NCBI GenBank assembly: GCA_016933455.1
Contig: JAFGAZ010000004.1
Span: forward strand, 9,116 to 73,115
Source: Candidatus Aenigmatarchaeota archaeon
Lineage (GTDB): Archaea; Aenigmatarchaeota; Aenigmatarchaeia; Aenigmatarchaeales; Aenigmatarchaeaceae
Reading direction: 5' to 3'
DNA length: 64,000 nt
Shown here piece after piece: positions 47,522 to 56,954 of this stretch. Positions within the stretch are counted from its first letter, which is position 1, and every line of letters starts with the position of its first letter. The position numbers and the translations under genes were made by a program. The notes under the pieces were generated by a model that worked only from the letters and a program-made list of their open reading frames with translations, searched no databases and was not told the DNA's origin.

Positions 47522-48019
47522 TCAGACTATGACAGGAAAATTATAAATAGGTTTCTTGATGATGACATCTATTTCTCCTGAATAGAAATCTGCAATTTCA
47601 TTGCTTGTAAATATTATGCTAACAGAGGTTTTCTCTTCCGGATTTAGCAAAATGTTGTTTTTGCTAAACGACACGTGATTTGATATGTTTCCATAAGCTT
47701 TCAGGATTATTTCGACGTCGTGTTCATTCGAATTTGACAAATCGACTGTTCTTGTGGAATAGCTGCCATTTGCAGGTACTGCCCCGAAATTTATGTTCCA
47801 GCTTTCAGTTGCAAAGCCAAGTGTTATAGTGCTGTTTGTCTGGCCCGATGTCACCTCAACGCAAGAAGGATACCTTATTATGTCATAGTTAAAGAAGATG
47901 TTCGAATAATTGTTCACAGTCGTGTTAGATACTGTTTCCTGAGGTTCAGGGGGTTCAAGCATATTGGCTAAAAGTATGAAAACCACCACAAATGCCAAAA
48001 GCATGGTTTTTAGGTTCAT
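47522..48019 (-). CDS. Membrane-anchored Ig/pilin-like small protein
   Basis: N-terminal TM; NINFGAVP...RTVDLSN...YSGEIDV. Confidence 0.75.
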   Translation of the reverse strand: MNLKTMLLAFVVVFILLANMLEPPEPQETVSNTTVNNYSNIFFNYDIIRYPSCVEVTSGQTNSTITLGFATESWNINFGAVPANGSYSTRTVDLSNSNEHDVEIILKAYGNISNHVSFSKNNILLNPEEKTSVSIIFTSNEIADFYSGEIDVIIKKPIYNFPVIV

Positions 48020-48945
48020 TTTGCTCTCCTGTAAATTATTATCGAAACAATTAATATCAATATTATTAGAATAAAAATTGTCATGTCGCCTTCCTGCTTA
48101 ATTGCCATTGTCGTTGCTTTTGAAAGCGTTATCTTGGAGCTCTTTTCTATTTCGCCTGTTCCATAATCTATTATAGTGTAAACATCGTAATCTTCTGCTT
48201 CTATTCCTTTTGTCGATAGTATGCCCTTGAAAGTGGCTATTTGCTTGGGTTCTATGTATTTTTTTGCCAGCTGAAGCTCGCCTACAAGGTTGCCTTCTTT
48301 GTCATACAGTCTCTGCAGCCCCTTGGCTGAAATAGTTACAGAACCTGTGTTTTGGAAATATGTCTTAATTTCCACAGAATTTTCATTATCATTTCCCAAT
48401 TCAACATCAAGTATTGCCCCTTTCCTTACAGCGTCTCCCGGCACTTTGAACATGACTTTTACAGAAGTTATGGCAACAACTTTGCTTCCCACATTGCCTA
48501 TGTCGCCTTGGTCGGAAAGCGGTATCGGCTTTATCTTAAACATGTGATCCCCAGGCTCCGCATCCCTTGGTATTTTTAAAAGAAAGCTAACCTTCCTGTG
48601 GCTGTTTATATTACCGCCTTCTGTTTCCAAGACATCGTATTCGGGTTCTAGTTCCACTGGATTGTTTATTATGTCAATCCATGATAAAACGTTCTCTTCG
48701 GAAAAGTTGTTCTTTAAGGCTACTGTGTCGAAAATAACTGTTTCCGGCTCTAGTTGCACAAGCAAGGTTTCTTCTGATGCTGTTACTATGTAGAAATCTA
48801 CTACTTCTGTCGTACCCGGAACCACTTGGCCCATGTTAAATGAGCCTGGAGAAACGCCTACATTTGCTGCCCCTACCATAATTGGGATAAATAGCAAAAA
48901 GACAAAGGAAAAAATTATGCAAGTTCCCAAAGAACGCGGTTTCAT
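48016..48945 (-). CDS. DUF916/DUF3324-like (WxL-interacting-like) two-Ig membrane protein
   Basis: VGVSP, SWI...VELEP, KIPRDAEPGDH, FQNTGSV, IDYG, C-terminal TM. Confidence 0.7.
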   Translation of the reverse strand: MKPRSLGTCIIFSFVFLLFIPIMVGAANVGVSPGSFNMGQVVPGTTEVVDFYIVTASEETLLVQLEPETVIFDTVALKNNFSEENVLSWIDIINNPVELEPEYDVLETEGGNINSHRKVSFLLKIPRDAEPGDHMFKIKPIPLSDQGDIGNVGSKVVAITSVKVMFKVPGDAVRKGAILDVELGNDNENSVEIKTYFQNTGSVTISAKGLQRLYDKEGNLVGELQLAKKYIEPKQIATFKGILSTKGIEAEDYDVYTIIDYGTGEIEKSSKITLSKATTMAIKQEGDMTIFILIILILIVSIIIYRRAK

Positions 48946-49030
48946 AAGATTTTATTGTGGCTATAACAATATAATAATATTTATATAGCGGGTTAATGAA
49001 AATAATATTAACCTTATATGGGTGTGTATA

Positions 49031-49921
49031 ATGAAAAAAATGAAATTATTGATTTTTGGCGCAGTTTTATCTGCTTTTTTTGTTTTATTCGCTTTTAGTT
49101 TGGTTGCAATGCCAGCGTTCGCAGATTCAAGCGACACTGTTACTGTTGACGTAAATGTCTCAGAAGCATCTTCTATCACAGTGCTTCCAGCCACCCTTAA
49201 TTGGACAGACATAGCTTCGGGACAAGCCGGTGGTACAAAATACCTCAACATAAAAAACACGGGTTCTTTGAACGTATCTGAAATATACGCATATGTTGAT
49301 ACGCTGATTACAGAGCCTGTAAGACCATACGGTCTTGCATACCCAACCAACTATTCTGCGGGAAGCGTCATAACACTCAAGAACGAGACTGATACTGGTT
49401 ATTATTTTGCAGGAAGAATAGAGTGGAACTGGACACAAGATATTCCAAACAATGATTGGTCCGCAGTAACAGACCCTGTTGCATGGGGTTACTTTAGAAA
49501 TGCGAGCAGTGATTATGTTTGGGTTCTTGGAAACGGAACAACAGGCTGCAACGATACAGATGCAGAATTTGCAGTAGAGTATGATGTTGACTTGGGTACA
49601 ACTGCAACAAGAACCCCCGAGTCTATTGGGGCAGCGGATGATGGAGACGATGAATGGAGCTATTTCAGCGTTTCTGATGCAAGTTCCCCACTTGACACAT
49701 ATTGTGTGGCAGCGTACTATGACTGCACCAAGGTTTACATATACCACTATGACCAGAGAACATCTCCTAACTTTGCTGGTTGTGGCCTTTCAAGCTACTT
49801 GCAAGAAGCAAACCTAACCCCTGGTTACAGCATAATACTAGAAGTTGATGCTTGGGTGCCTTCCGGTTATCCATCAGGATACCTGAACACCACAACCCTA
49901 ACAGTCTACGCTTCTTCGTAG
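49031..49921 (+). CDS. Secreted putative major filament subunit (pilin/WxL/TasA-like)
   Basis: Signal peptide ending AFA; TVTVDVNV strand, SITV.P.TLNW, IKNTGS.NV, C-terminal VPSG...TLTVYASS; no TM anchor. Confidence 0.65.
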   Translation: MKKMKLLIFGAVLSAFFVLFAFSLVAMPAFADSSDTVTVDVNVSEASSITVLPATLNWTDIASGQAGGTKYLNIKNTGSLNVSEIYAYVDTLITEPVRPYGLAYPTNYSAGSVITLKNETDTGYYFAGRIEWNWTQDIPNNDWSAVTDPVAWGYFRNASSDYVWVLGNGTTGCNDTDAEFAVEYDVDLGTTATRTPESIGAADDGDDEWSYFSVSDASSPLDTYCVAAYYDCTKVYIYHYDQRTSPNFAGCGLSSYLQEANLTPGYSIILEVDAWVPSGYPSGYLNTTTLTVYASS

Positions 49922-49926
49922 TTGTT

Positions 49927-52900
49927 TTACTTTAACTTTTTCTCTATTTTACTCATCTTCTTCTCAAGGCTATCCTTCATTCTTGCATAGGTGCCTTCTG
50001 TTATCAGACCTTCGCTCTTTTCCTTGTCTAGGACTTTGATCATTCTGAATATCTTTTCCTTCTCTTTTTGAAGCATCTCAACTTCCGCATCGCTTTTTCC
50101 TGGTCTGTGGAAAGCTCCCTTGATTTTGGATAGCCTGTTTTTTAGAATACTTTTTAGTTTCTTCTTTCTTTGCAAATATACCAGAATTATGACGATTATG
50201 ATTATTGCTATTAAGCCTATGAAAATGAAAAGAAGCGACGAGAAAGTGTCTGGCTCCTCCATTTCCAGCATGTCCAAAAGGTCCCTTGCTCTTGATATGA
50301 GGCTAAGGGCGCTGCCTGTTTTTTCCATGCCAGCGTCTATGTCGTTGTTTTTCAGGTCCTTTTTGGCGTTTTCTATGTAGGATTCTATGGTGTCAACTAG
50401 TGTTTGGACATCCGATACGTCCTTTCCTTCCCTTTCAGCTACCCTGAGGTCTATTTTCAGCTCAATTAGGCTTTCCTCAACCATTGCTATCTCGGCTTCA
50501 AGAACTTCCTTTATCGAGCTAAAGATGTTTACCTCTATTGACTGCTGGTCGCTAACAACTCCTGATGTCACAAGCAGGCTGGCATCATAGTTTCCTGTGT
50601 TTGTGTTCTCGGGTATGTTGAACTCTACTAGGAATACTGAAGAATTGTCAGTTACAAGTTCATCGTATTTTGAAGGCGTTATGTTAAACCAGTTGGTCGG
50701 AACACCGAGAACAAAAAGGCTCACGTTATTTAGATCAACCCTTCCGCTGTTCTTTACAATCACTTTTTCTATTTTTGTAAAGCCTCTTGCAAGAGTTATG
50801 TTGTTGTTATAGCCTGTTATGAGTATGCTTGCATCGGTTTCCTGTGTTGGCTTTATAGCGTAATACGTCGGGGTATTTCCAACAGATGTCTGTGGTGGTG
50901 CGGGTGTTGTTCCTGCAGATGAGACGTAAAAAGTCACGTTAGCGTCTATGGGTGATTGGTATAGGCTGTATGTAACCTTGGCGTTTATGGTGTACGTTCC
51001 AAGAGGCTGGTCAGTGTATATGTATGCGTTTCTGGTAAAGCTGCTGTTGCTGTATGCTGGAGTTAAGACAGCCTCTGAAAATGAGTAGTAGCCATTTCCA
51101 GATTGGTCTGTTATGTTGTATATCACATAAACGTCTTGCGTCACCTCTCCTTTGTTTTCCAGAATTATCTCAAAGTCAAGATAGTCGCCCTGCGGGACCT
51201 CGTTTTCGAACAGGTTGAGCCTAACGTCGTAGGGACCTCCCTGTGAAACTCTGAATGCTTGTATCTTCATTGAGCTAAATGAGCCGTCAGAAACATTGAG
51301 TACAGCCATGTACATGCCTGTTGGTGTGCCAACACCCATTGCGTGCGAGTATGTATAGTATCCTGTTGCCTCTTTTGTAAGCGATGAAAGTGTTGTTGAA
51401 AAATAAAGGTTGTCTGCAGAATCGTAGACTGTCAGATTTATCTCGTCTGGGTCTATCGGTCTTCCCTCCCCGTTGTACACCAGCATGCCGAATTTCATTA
51501 TGTTGTTTGGATACCAAACAACAGATGTTTCAACATCAGCGAAAAGCCCTGTCACTGATATTGTCCTTGACTCTACATCGAAAGTGCTGTTTTTCTGTAG
51601 GTTCAGTGTCTGGTTTAGCACGTCTTCATAGAAGCTATAGTTGGTAAATAGCGTGTAGGTTCCTATGGGAGCGTCTGACTGTAAGGAGAACGTTGGCATG
51701 GGTGATATTGTTCCGTCAGAGTTGGACACGTTCTGCGAATAGTGTGTCAGGTTGCCATAAGGGTCTGTTATGTTAAAGGTTATGTTCGAATTGTTTATAC
51801 CCGTGCTGTTGGCATCCCTTAGCATAAAGTACAAGGAACCCGTGTCTCCCTGGTAGTACGTTCCTGCCAAAGGAGTTGACGTCACAAGCATTCTTTGGTA
51901 TATTGAAAAGTTAGTGCTGTAGTTGCCAAGGTTTCCTATGTTGTCCGAGCTGTATATGGAAACATTGTATATGCCTCTTTGGTTTGTGTTGCCAAGAGCT
52001 TCTGTGTAGTTTAGATACCATTGTGAAAAGTTTCCGCTTTCATTGAGTAGTGTCATGCTAGTGCTGCTTGAAAAGCTGTCGGGTTTTGTCACAGTTACAT
52101 TAAGCCACTTTATGCCGCTGTTTGACCTGTCTGTTAGGTTCACAAAGAACTCGACTGATTCGTTCTGCTCAGTGAAATTCGGGGTTATCAAAGTCTCCAT
52201 AAGCGGGGGAACATTGGGCAAAAGGTTTACTTGGAATGTTGCGTTGTCTGGTTGGGCGTCTGCCTGAGTTGCGTTAACCAAAAAAGTCGAGTTGAATATG
52301 GACGGCGATATGCCTGTTACGTTGTAAAGTATTGCCAACGTGTGATTGGAACTTCCGTTGACAGAGAATTCAGTTTCGTTTGCTGTTGTATAGTTGCCGT
52401 TTTCAGGGGAGACTGTGAAATTTATCACATCGTTTCCAATGTTCATTATCTCTATCTGGCACGCGGTTCCCTCTTCAGGCTCTTCTGCCTTTTCGCAGAA
52501 TGTGGGGTATAGTGTCCATGTTCTGTTTGAAAGCACGGTTATGTTTACCAATAAAGTGTCATAGTCTCCGTTGCCTGCAGAAACGTTCAAAGTTGCGTTG
52601 TAAACACCTGCTGGATAGCTAAGAGGTACTGTTGCATTCAATGAAACAGAGCTGTTATCATCTACATCAATGCTTGAGATGCTAGATGGCGTGAATTCTA
52701 AAGTAAAGTTATCGCACACGTCTCCGGAGATGCAACTAAATGCAATATTTTGCAAGGCGTCGTTTCCAATTGAAAGAACCGTAAAGTTGCTAATGTATGA
52801 TTCCTCTGCATCTGTTGCGCTTCCTGAAATGGTAATTTCACTTACGTTTATTTTGGGATTTGAAGCTACTGTTACGTTTAGGGTTGTTGTGTTAGAACCA

Positions 52901-55782
52901 GTGGAATCGTCGGGATTTGTCCAGTTGGAGCTTACATTTATGTAATAATTTCCTGTGGATGTTGCGTTGGGAACGGTTATGTTGAAAGCCTTTGTGCAAA
53001 CCTGGTCCTTTGTTATGTTGTCGCAATTTTCAATGCTAATGTTTGATGACCAGCCAATGGGCAACTGGATGCTCATGTTGGTGTCCCTGGCACTTCCGTT
53101 GCCTATGTTTTGCAAAGTGCTTTCAAAAAGGAAAGTCTGACTGTCAGCTTTTGATATATTGTAGACAGTTTGATTGTTGGGAGTTAGCAACATACTTAGA
53201 TTTGTTTCTGTTGGTATTGTGACAAACAAAAATATGGTGTCGTAACCGTTGTTTTCCGATGAGACGTTGACTGTTCCGTTATAAGTCCCAACAGCATAGC
53301 CTAACGGTACAGTTATGTTAACAGAAACAGACCCGTTTTCGTTGACATTAATTTGCGATATGTTCGCTGGTTCGAATTCTGCTGTAAAGTCATTGCAAAC
53401 CGTTCCTTCATAGCAATCGAAACTTATGTTCTGCAAGGCATCATTTCCAATCGAAAGAACCGTAAAGTTGCCGATGTAGTTTTCATAACCGTCTGCAACT
53501 TCCGTTGTTATGTTGTTTTCGAATATTCCTGTTCTTGGATTCGAAACTACTGTTACATTTATTGTTGTTAGATTGTTTCCAAGGGAGCTGTCAGGGTTGG
53601 TCCATTCGGAGCTTACGTTTATGTAGTAGTTTCCAGGAGACGTTGCGTTCGGTACTGTTATGTTGAAAGCCTTTGTGCAGTTCCCGTTCTTGTATATGTC
53701 ACCGCAATCCTGAACTAAAAAGTCCGCATCCCATCCTGCCAGAAGCTGAAGACTTATGTTCGATGAATATGCGGTTCCGTTGCCTATGTTTGTGGCATTT
53801 GCTGTTATCGAGAAGCTGTCGTTTTCATAAAGACTCACGTTGCTAACGCTTGTTTCCGAAGGGTAACTTGTTATGCTCATGTTTGTACCTGCTGTTTCCG
53901 AAGTGAAAGTTTCGCTGTCGTTTCCAAAGTTGCCGTATTTCGTGGCATTACAAATAAGAACATAGTCCCCTATTACAGGGGAGGTAAAATTGATAGAATA
54001 TGTCCCGTTTCCATGGTCTGTTTTGTTCAAAACTTCCGTGGAATTGTAGGAACAGTTTATTTGCGCGCCTGTTATATAGCTGCTAAGATTGTAGTTTCTT
54101 ACATCTATGCTGGCAAACACAAATGCGTTTTCTATTGGATTTTGATTTTCTATTGCCAATGTCACGTTAAAAATGTCTGTGACATTGAAGTTGTACAAAG
54201 TATAATTTAGGAACTCGCTCGAACTTGTGTATGTTGTTATATTTATTTGCCATTCTGTTACATTGGCATTGTTTGGTATGTCAATTGTGTTTGCAAATAG
54301 TTTATCATCGGCAGAACCATCGTCATGGGACCCGTCGTCATAAAGAATTATGGTGACATCATCGCCTGTGTCAGTAGTTCCCATGTCTATTGTTGCGTTC
54401 ATGTACTCTGTTAGGTTGTACGGGTCACCGCTTCCAAGGTCTCCTATTATTAGTGCTGTCTCGTTCCTGTTGAAAATAGTTGCGTTGCTTGAAGGCGCGT
54501 TGTTTACATACCAGAGTTCTGGAAGCGACTGTGTGATAACTATGGGGTTTGCGTACCTGTCCTTTATGTTGAGGAACTCTGTAACAGCGTCACCTCCTCC
54601 AGCTCCTGCAAAGTATATCAAAGACACTTGCTCTATGTACGAGTCCGCTGAAATTGTGGTATTGCTAAGCTCTATGCCAACCCTGCCGTTCAACGAGCTG
54701 CTTTCGTTGGCAAAGTAGTTTGAAGTTCCCGTCTGGTTCATGTTTATTATACCAACAAGCTCTCCGCCAATACCTGAAGCCCAAGACCATGAATAGGGGT
54801 TTGTTGTATCCCCATCCTGGTTGTTTATCAAACCCGAGTTGAATGTTCGGTTTACATCAAGCGCTAGCGCGCCTGATATGGTCGAGTTTCTCTGCACAGA
54901 ATATCCTGCGCTGTTGGTCACTCTTTGAACAACTTTTATGAAAGTACCTCTTGACTGGGGACCTGCGTTGTTGTAAACATAATATTTTTTGGTCAAGTTT
55001 GCTTCCCCTGTCTGTTGTGAAGGGCTATTGAAAATAACTTCGTTTCCGTTTTGCACAACCGTTACACGAACATCACCTTCAACAAAGGATGCACTCCCTA
55101 TCAAATTGAAAGACGTGTTGTGCGTCCCATTAAAGTATTCAATGTATTCTGTAGTTTTTTCAGAAATGTCAGAACTAAATATTACGTTGTCGTACTTGTC
55201 TTGGGATCTGTATATACCTGACGTGTTTTCAGCCCTGTTGGTATCCATGAAAAATCTCATAAAGCTGTTATTAACAGAAAACATCTGCCCATCCCAGCCG
55301 TAGGAAAGGTTAGTAGGATACGAAGCCTCGTCCTTTGGACCGTTGGAAGATGTGTCGTAATAAATATAGAATGTCCTGTTCGTGTCGGCACTGCTTGTCC
55401 CGTTCATTAGGAAGACCAAAGTCCCAACAGCGTTGCTGGAAGCGTCAAAATCTTCTGCTTGATCAAACTGGCATGGGACCTCATACAATATGCTTCCAGC
55501 CTGTGAGTATTCTATGACTCTTGTTGAGTTTATGTCAAACGTGCCTGAAGGAATTAGGTCGGTAAAGTTAACATCATACTCCACAGGCCAGTTCTCTCTT
55601 TCATACTGAACAGAATTTATGTCAAGCCTTGCCCTGTAATTCCAGGAAACATTCCACCATTCCGCATCCGTTGGCTGCCCAAAGCCTATGAACATGCCTG
55701 TTATGCCAGAACCTAGAATGTAAAAAGCAGCTGCAGATGTAACGAATATAGCTAAAACTACAAAAATAGCTGCTTTTTCCAT
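49927..55782 (-). CDS. Giant (1951 aa) membrane-anchored surface glycoprotein
   Basis: N-terminal TM plus ITG, WWNVSWNYR (DUF2341-like), LYDDGSHDD..ADD (choice-of-anchor-X-like), tandem Ig/NEW3 repeats, dense NxS/T sequons, coiled coil, TM, cytoplasmic tail. Confidence 0.9.
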   Translation of the reverse strand: MEKAAIFVVLAIFVTSAAAFYILGSGITGMFIGFGQPTDAEWWNVSWNYRARLDINSVQYERENWPVEYDVNFTDLIPSGTFDINSTRVIEYSQAGSILYEVPCQFDQAEDFDASSNAVGTLVFLMNGTSSADTNRTFYIYYDTSSNGPKDEASYPTNLSYGWDGQMFSVNNSFMRFFMDTNRAENTSGIYRSQDKYDNVIFSSDISEKTTEYIEYFNGTHNTSFNLIGSASFVEGDVRVTVVQNGNEVIFNSPSQQTGEANLTKKYYVYNNAGPQSRGTFIKVVQRVTNSAGYSVQRNSTISGALALDVNRTFNSGLINNQDGDTTNPYSWSWASGIGGELVGIINMNQTGTSNYFANESSSLNGRVGIELSNTTISADSYIEQVSLIYFAGAGGGDAVTEFLNIKDRYANPIVITQSLPELWYVNNAPSSNATIFNRNETALIIGDLGSGDPYNLTEYMNATIDMGTTDTGDDVTIILYDDGSHDDGSADDKLFANTIDIPNNANVTEWQINITTYTSSSEFLNYTLYNFNVTDIFNVTLAIENQNPIENAFVFASIDVRNYNLSSYITGAQINCSYNSTEVLNKTDHGNGTYSINFTSPVIGDYVLICNATKYGNFGNDSETFTSETAGTNMSITSYPSETSVSNVSLYENDSFSITANATNIGNGTAYSSNISLQLLAGWDADFLVQDCGDIYKNGNCTKAFNITVPNATSPGNYYINVSSEWTNPDSSLGNNLTTINVTVVSNPRTGIFENNITTEVADGYENYIGNFTVLSIGNDALQNISFDCYEGTVCNDFTAEFEPANISQINVNENGSVSVNITVPLGYAVGTYNGTVNVSSENNGYDTIFLFVTIPTETNLSMLLTPNNQTVYNISKADSQTFLFESTLQNIGNGSARDTNMSIQLPIGWSSNISIENCDNITKDQVCTKAFNITVPNATSTGNYYINVSSNWTNPDDSTGSNTTTLNVTVASNPKINVSEITISGSATDAEESYISNFTVLSIGNDALQNIAFSCISGDVCDNFTLEFTPSSISSIDVDDNSSVSLNATVPLSYPAGVYNATLNVSAGNGDYDTLLVNITVLSNRTWTLYPTFCEKAEEPEEGTACQIEIMNIGNDVINFTVSPENGNYTTANETEFSVNGSSNHTLAILYNVTGISPSIFNSTFLVNATQADAQPDNATFQVNLLPNVPPLMETLITPNFTEQNESVEFFVNLTDRSNSGIKWLNVTVTKPDSFSSSTSMTLLNESGNFSQWYLNYTEALGNTNQRGIYNVSIYSSDNIGNLGNYSTNFSIYQRMLVTSTPLAGTYYQGDTGSLYFMLRDANSTGINNSNITFNITDPYGNLTHYSQNVSNSDGTISPMPTFSLQSDAPIGTYTLFTNYSFYEDVLNQTLNLQKNSTFDVESRTISVTGLFADVETSVVWYPNNIMKFGMLVYNGEGRPIDPDEINLTVYDSADNLYFSTTLSSLTKEATGYYTYSHAMGVGTPTGMYMAVLNVSDGSFSSMKIQAFRVSQGGPYDVRLNLFENEVPQGDYLDFEIILENKGEVTQDVYVIYNITDQSGNGYYSFSEAVLTPAYSNSSFTRNAYIYTDQPLGTYTINAKVTYSLYQSPIDANVTFYVSSAGTTPAPPQTSVGNTPTYYAIKPTQETDASILITGYNNNITLARGFTKIEKVIVKNSGRVDLNNVSLFVLGVPTNWFNITPSKYDELVTDNSSVFLVEFNIPENTNTGNYDASLLVTSGVVSDQQSIEVNIFSSIKEVLEAEIAMVEESLIELKIDLRVAEREGKDVSDVQTLVDTIESYIENAKKDLKNNDIDAGMEKTGSALSLISRARDLLDMLEMEEPDTFSSLLFIFIGLIAIIIIVIILVYLQRKKKLKSILKNRLSKIKGAFHRPGKSDAEVEMLQKEKEKIFRMIKVLDKEKSEGLITEGTYARMKDSLEKKMSKIEKKLK
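52535..53885 (-). repeat. Internal tandem duplication, period 681 nt (227 aa)
   Basis: CTKAFNITVPNATS.GNYYINVSS.WTNPD and NFTVLSIGNDALQNI.F.C occur twice; DNA matches at 52751 and 53432. Confidence 0.9.
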
Positions 55783-55823
55783 AATAGATTATTGAATGTT
55801 ATATAAAAAAACTAAGAGAAGCT

Positions 55824-56279
55824 CTATTCTAAACCGAAAATGTCGAATTGCACGTTGCTTTTCATGTAAGAAGAAGCCATGTAGTATTCCCCTGCTGTTA
55901 TTGAGCTAAAGCCAAATAACATCATCGGATATGCTGCAATTCCAAGGCTTGCCAAACCCATGTCCAAGGCGCTGAAAATAAAGGATAGCCCGAAAACCAC
56001 CATGAACATGTTCCTTCCCGGTGTTTTCATTGACAGGAAAAGAAGACCAAAACAAGAAGTCATCAAAAGGCCGCTAAGATAAAAAAGAGTCTGGTTCATG
56101 CCGTTTGCGCATATCATTTCAGTGTAAGGCCCCTCCAGCATGGAATTCAAAAGAACTGCCTTTCCCTGCTCGCAACCCATAAGATAGCCTGCCCCAAGAT
56201 GTGTTATTTCGTGTATAGATATTAGTGCGAAAAACACTGTCACATTGAGCAATATTATACTTAATATTTTCCTTTTCAT
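55824..56279 (-). CDS. M50-like membrane zinc metallopeptidase
   Basis: IHEITH within TM1, later SG and SALD in TM segments; start refined to MKRKIL. Confidence 0.7.
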   Translation of the reverse strand: MKRKILSIILLNVTVFFALISIHEITHLGAGYLMGCEQGKAVLLNSMLEGPYTEMICANGMNQTLFYLSGLLMTSCFGLLFLSMKTPGRNMFMVVFGLSFIFSALDMGLASLGIAAYPMMLFGFSSITAGEYYMASSYMKSNVQFDIFGLE

Positions 56280-56332
56280 GGGCTCACGAGAAGTAGTTAA
56301 ATACAAAATTATTTAAACCCATTACGAAAAGG

Positions 56333-56629
56333 CTATATTTCAACCCTTTCAATGACTTTCTTGACAGCCTCTATTTTCCTAATAGCCCTTTTTATCTCAA
56401 AGTTTATGTTTTTTTCCAGCTTTTTGCGCTCTTTTTGCAGGCTCTTTTCCTTGCCTTTGTATCTGCTTTCTGAAAGAGCGCCCTCTGAGAACGCTTTTGT
56501 ATTTTCCTTTATCTTTGTATCAAGAAAAAGAAGCTCTTCCTGAGAAATCTTTATTCTAGAGCTTAGTGAGACTATCTCTTCCAAGCCGTTTTCTATGCTG
56601 TTTAGCTTTATTTTCTTTACAACAGACAT
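56333..56629 (-). CDS. Small coiled-coil protein with SHOCT-like motif
   Basis: AFSEGALSESRY..KEK. Confidence 0.75.
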   Translation of the reverse strand: MSVVKKIKLNSIENGLEEIVSLSSRIKISQEELLFLDTKIKENTKAFSEGALSESRYKGKEKSLQKERKKLEKNINFEIKRAIRKIEAVKKVIERVEI

Positions 56630-56950
56630 CTATTTCTTCCCCTTTGCCTTCTTCTCTTTTTTCACAGCACTGCATTCCTGCTTCTCAACCTCGCTTTTTA
56701 TGTTGACTAGCATGTCCACATTGGTTTTCAGCAGCGTCTTTATGCTCTTTATTATGCTTACGCTTTTTCTTTTCAGGCTCTTTTCGTTTGCATTGAATTT
56801 GTTTTTTGAAAGCCTGCCGCGTTCAAATTCCTTGTTATTTTGGTATATCGAATTTAGCATGCCTTCTAGCTCGGTTTGAAGAATGCTTATTTCGAACGAA
56901 TTCTCGAAAATTTGTCTTGCTGTTTCCTCGATTCTTTTTTGGTTAATCAT
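56630..56950 (-). CDS. Small coiled-coil protein with SHOCT-like motif (paralog of neighbour)
   Basis: EFERGRLSKNKF..NEK. Confidence 0.75.
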   Translation of the reverse strand: MINQKRIEETARQIFENSFEISILQTELEGMLNSIYQNNKEFERGRLSKNKFNANEKSLKRKSVSIIKSIKTLLKTNVDMLVNIKSEVEKQECSAVKKEKKAKGKK

Positions 56951-56954
56951 GAAA

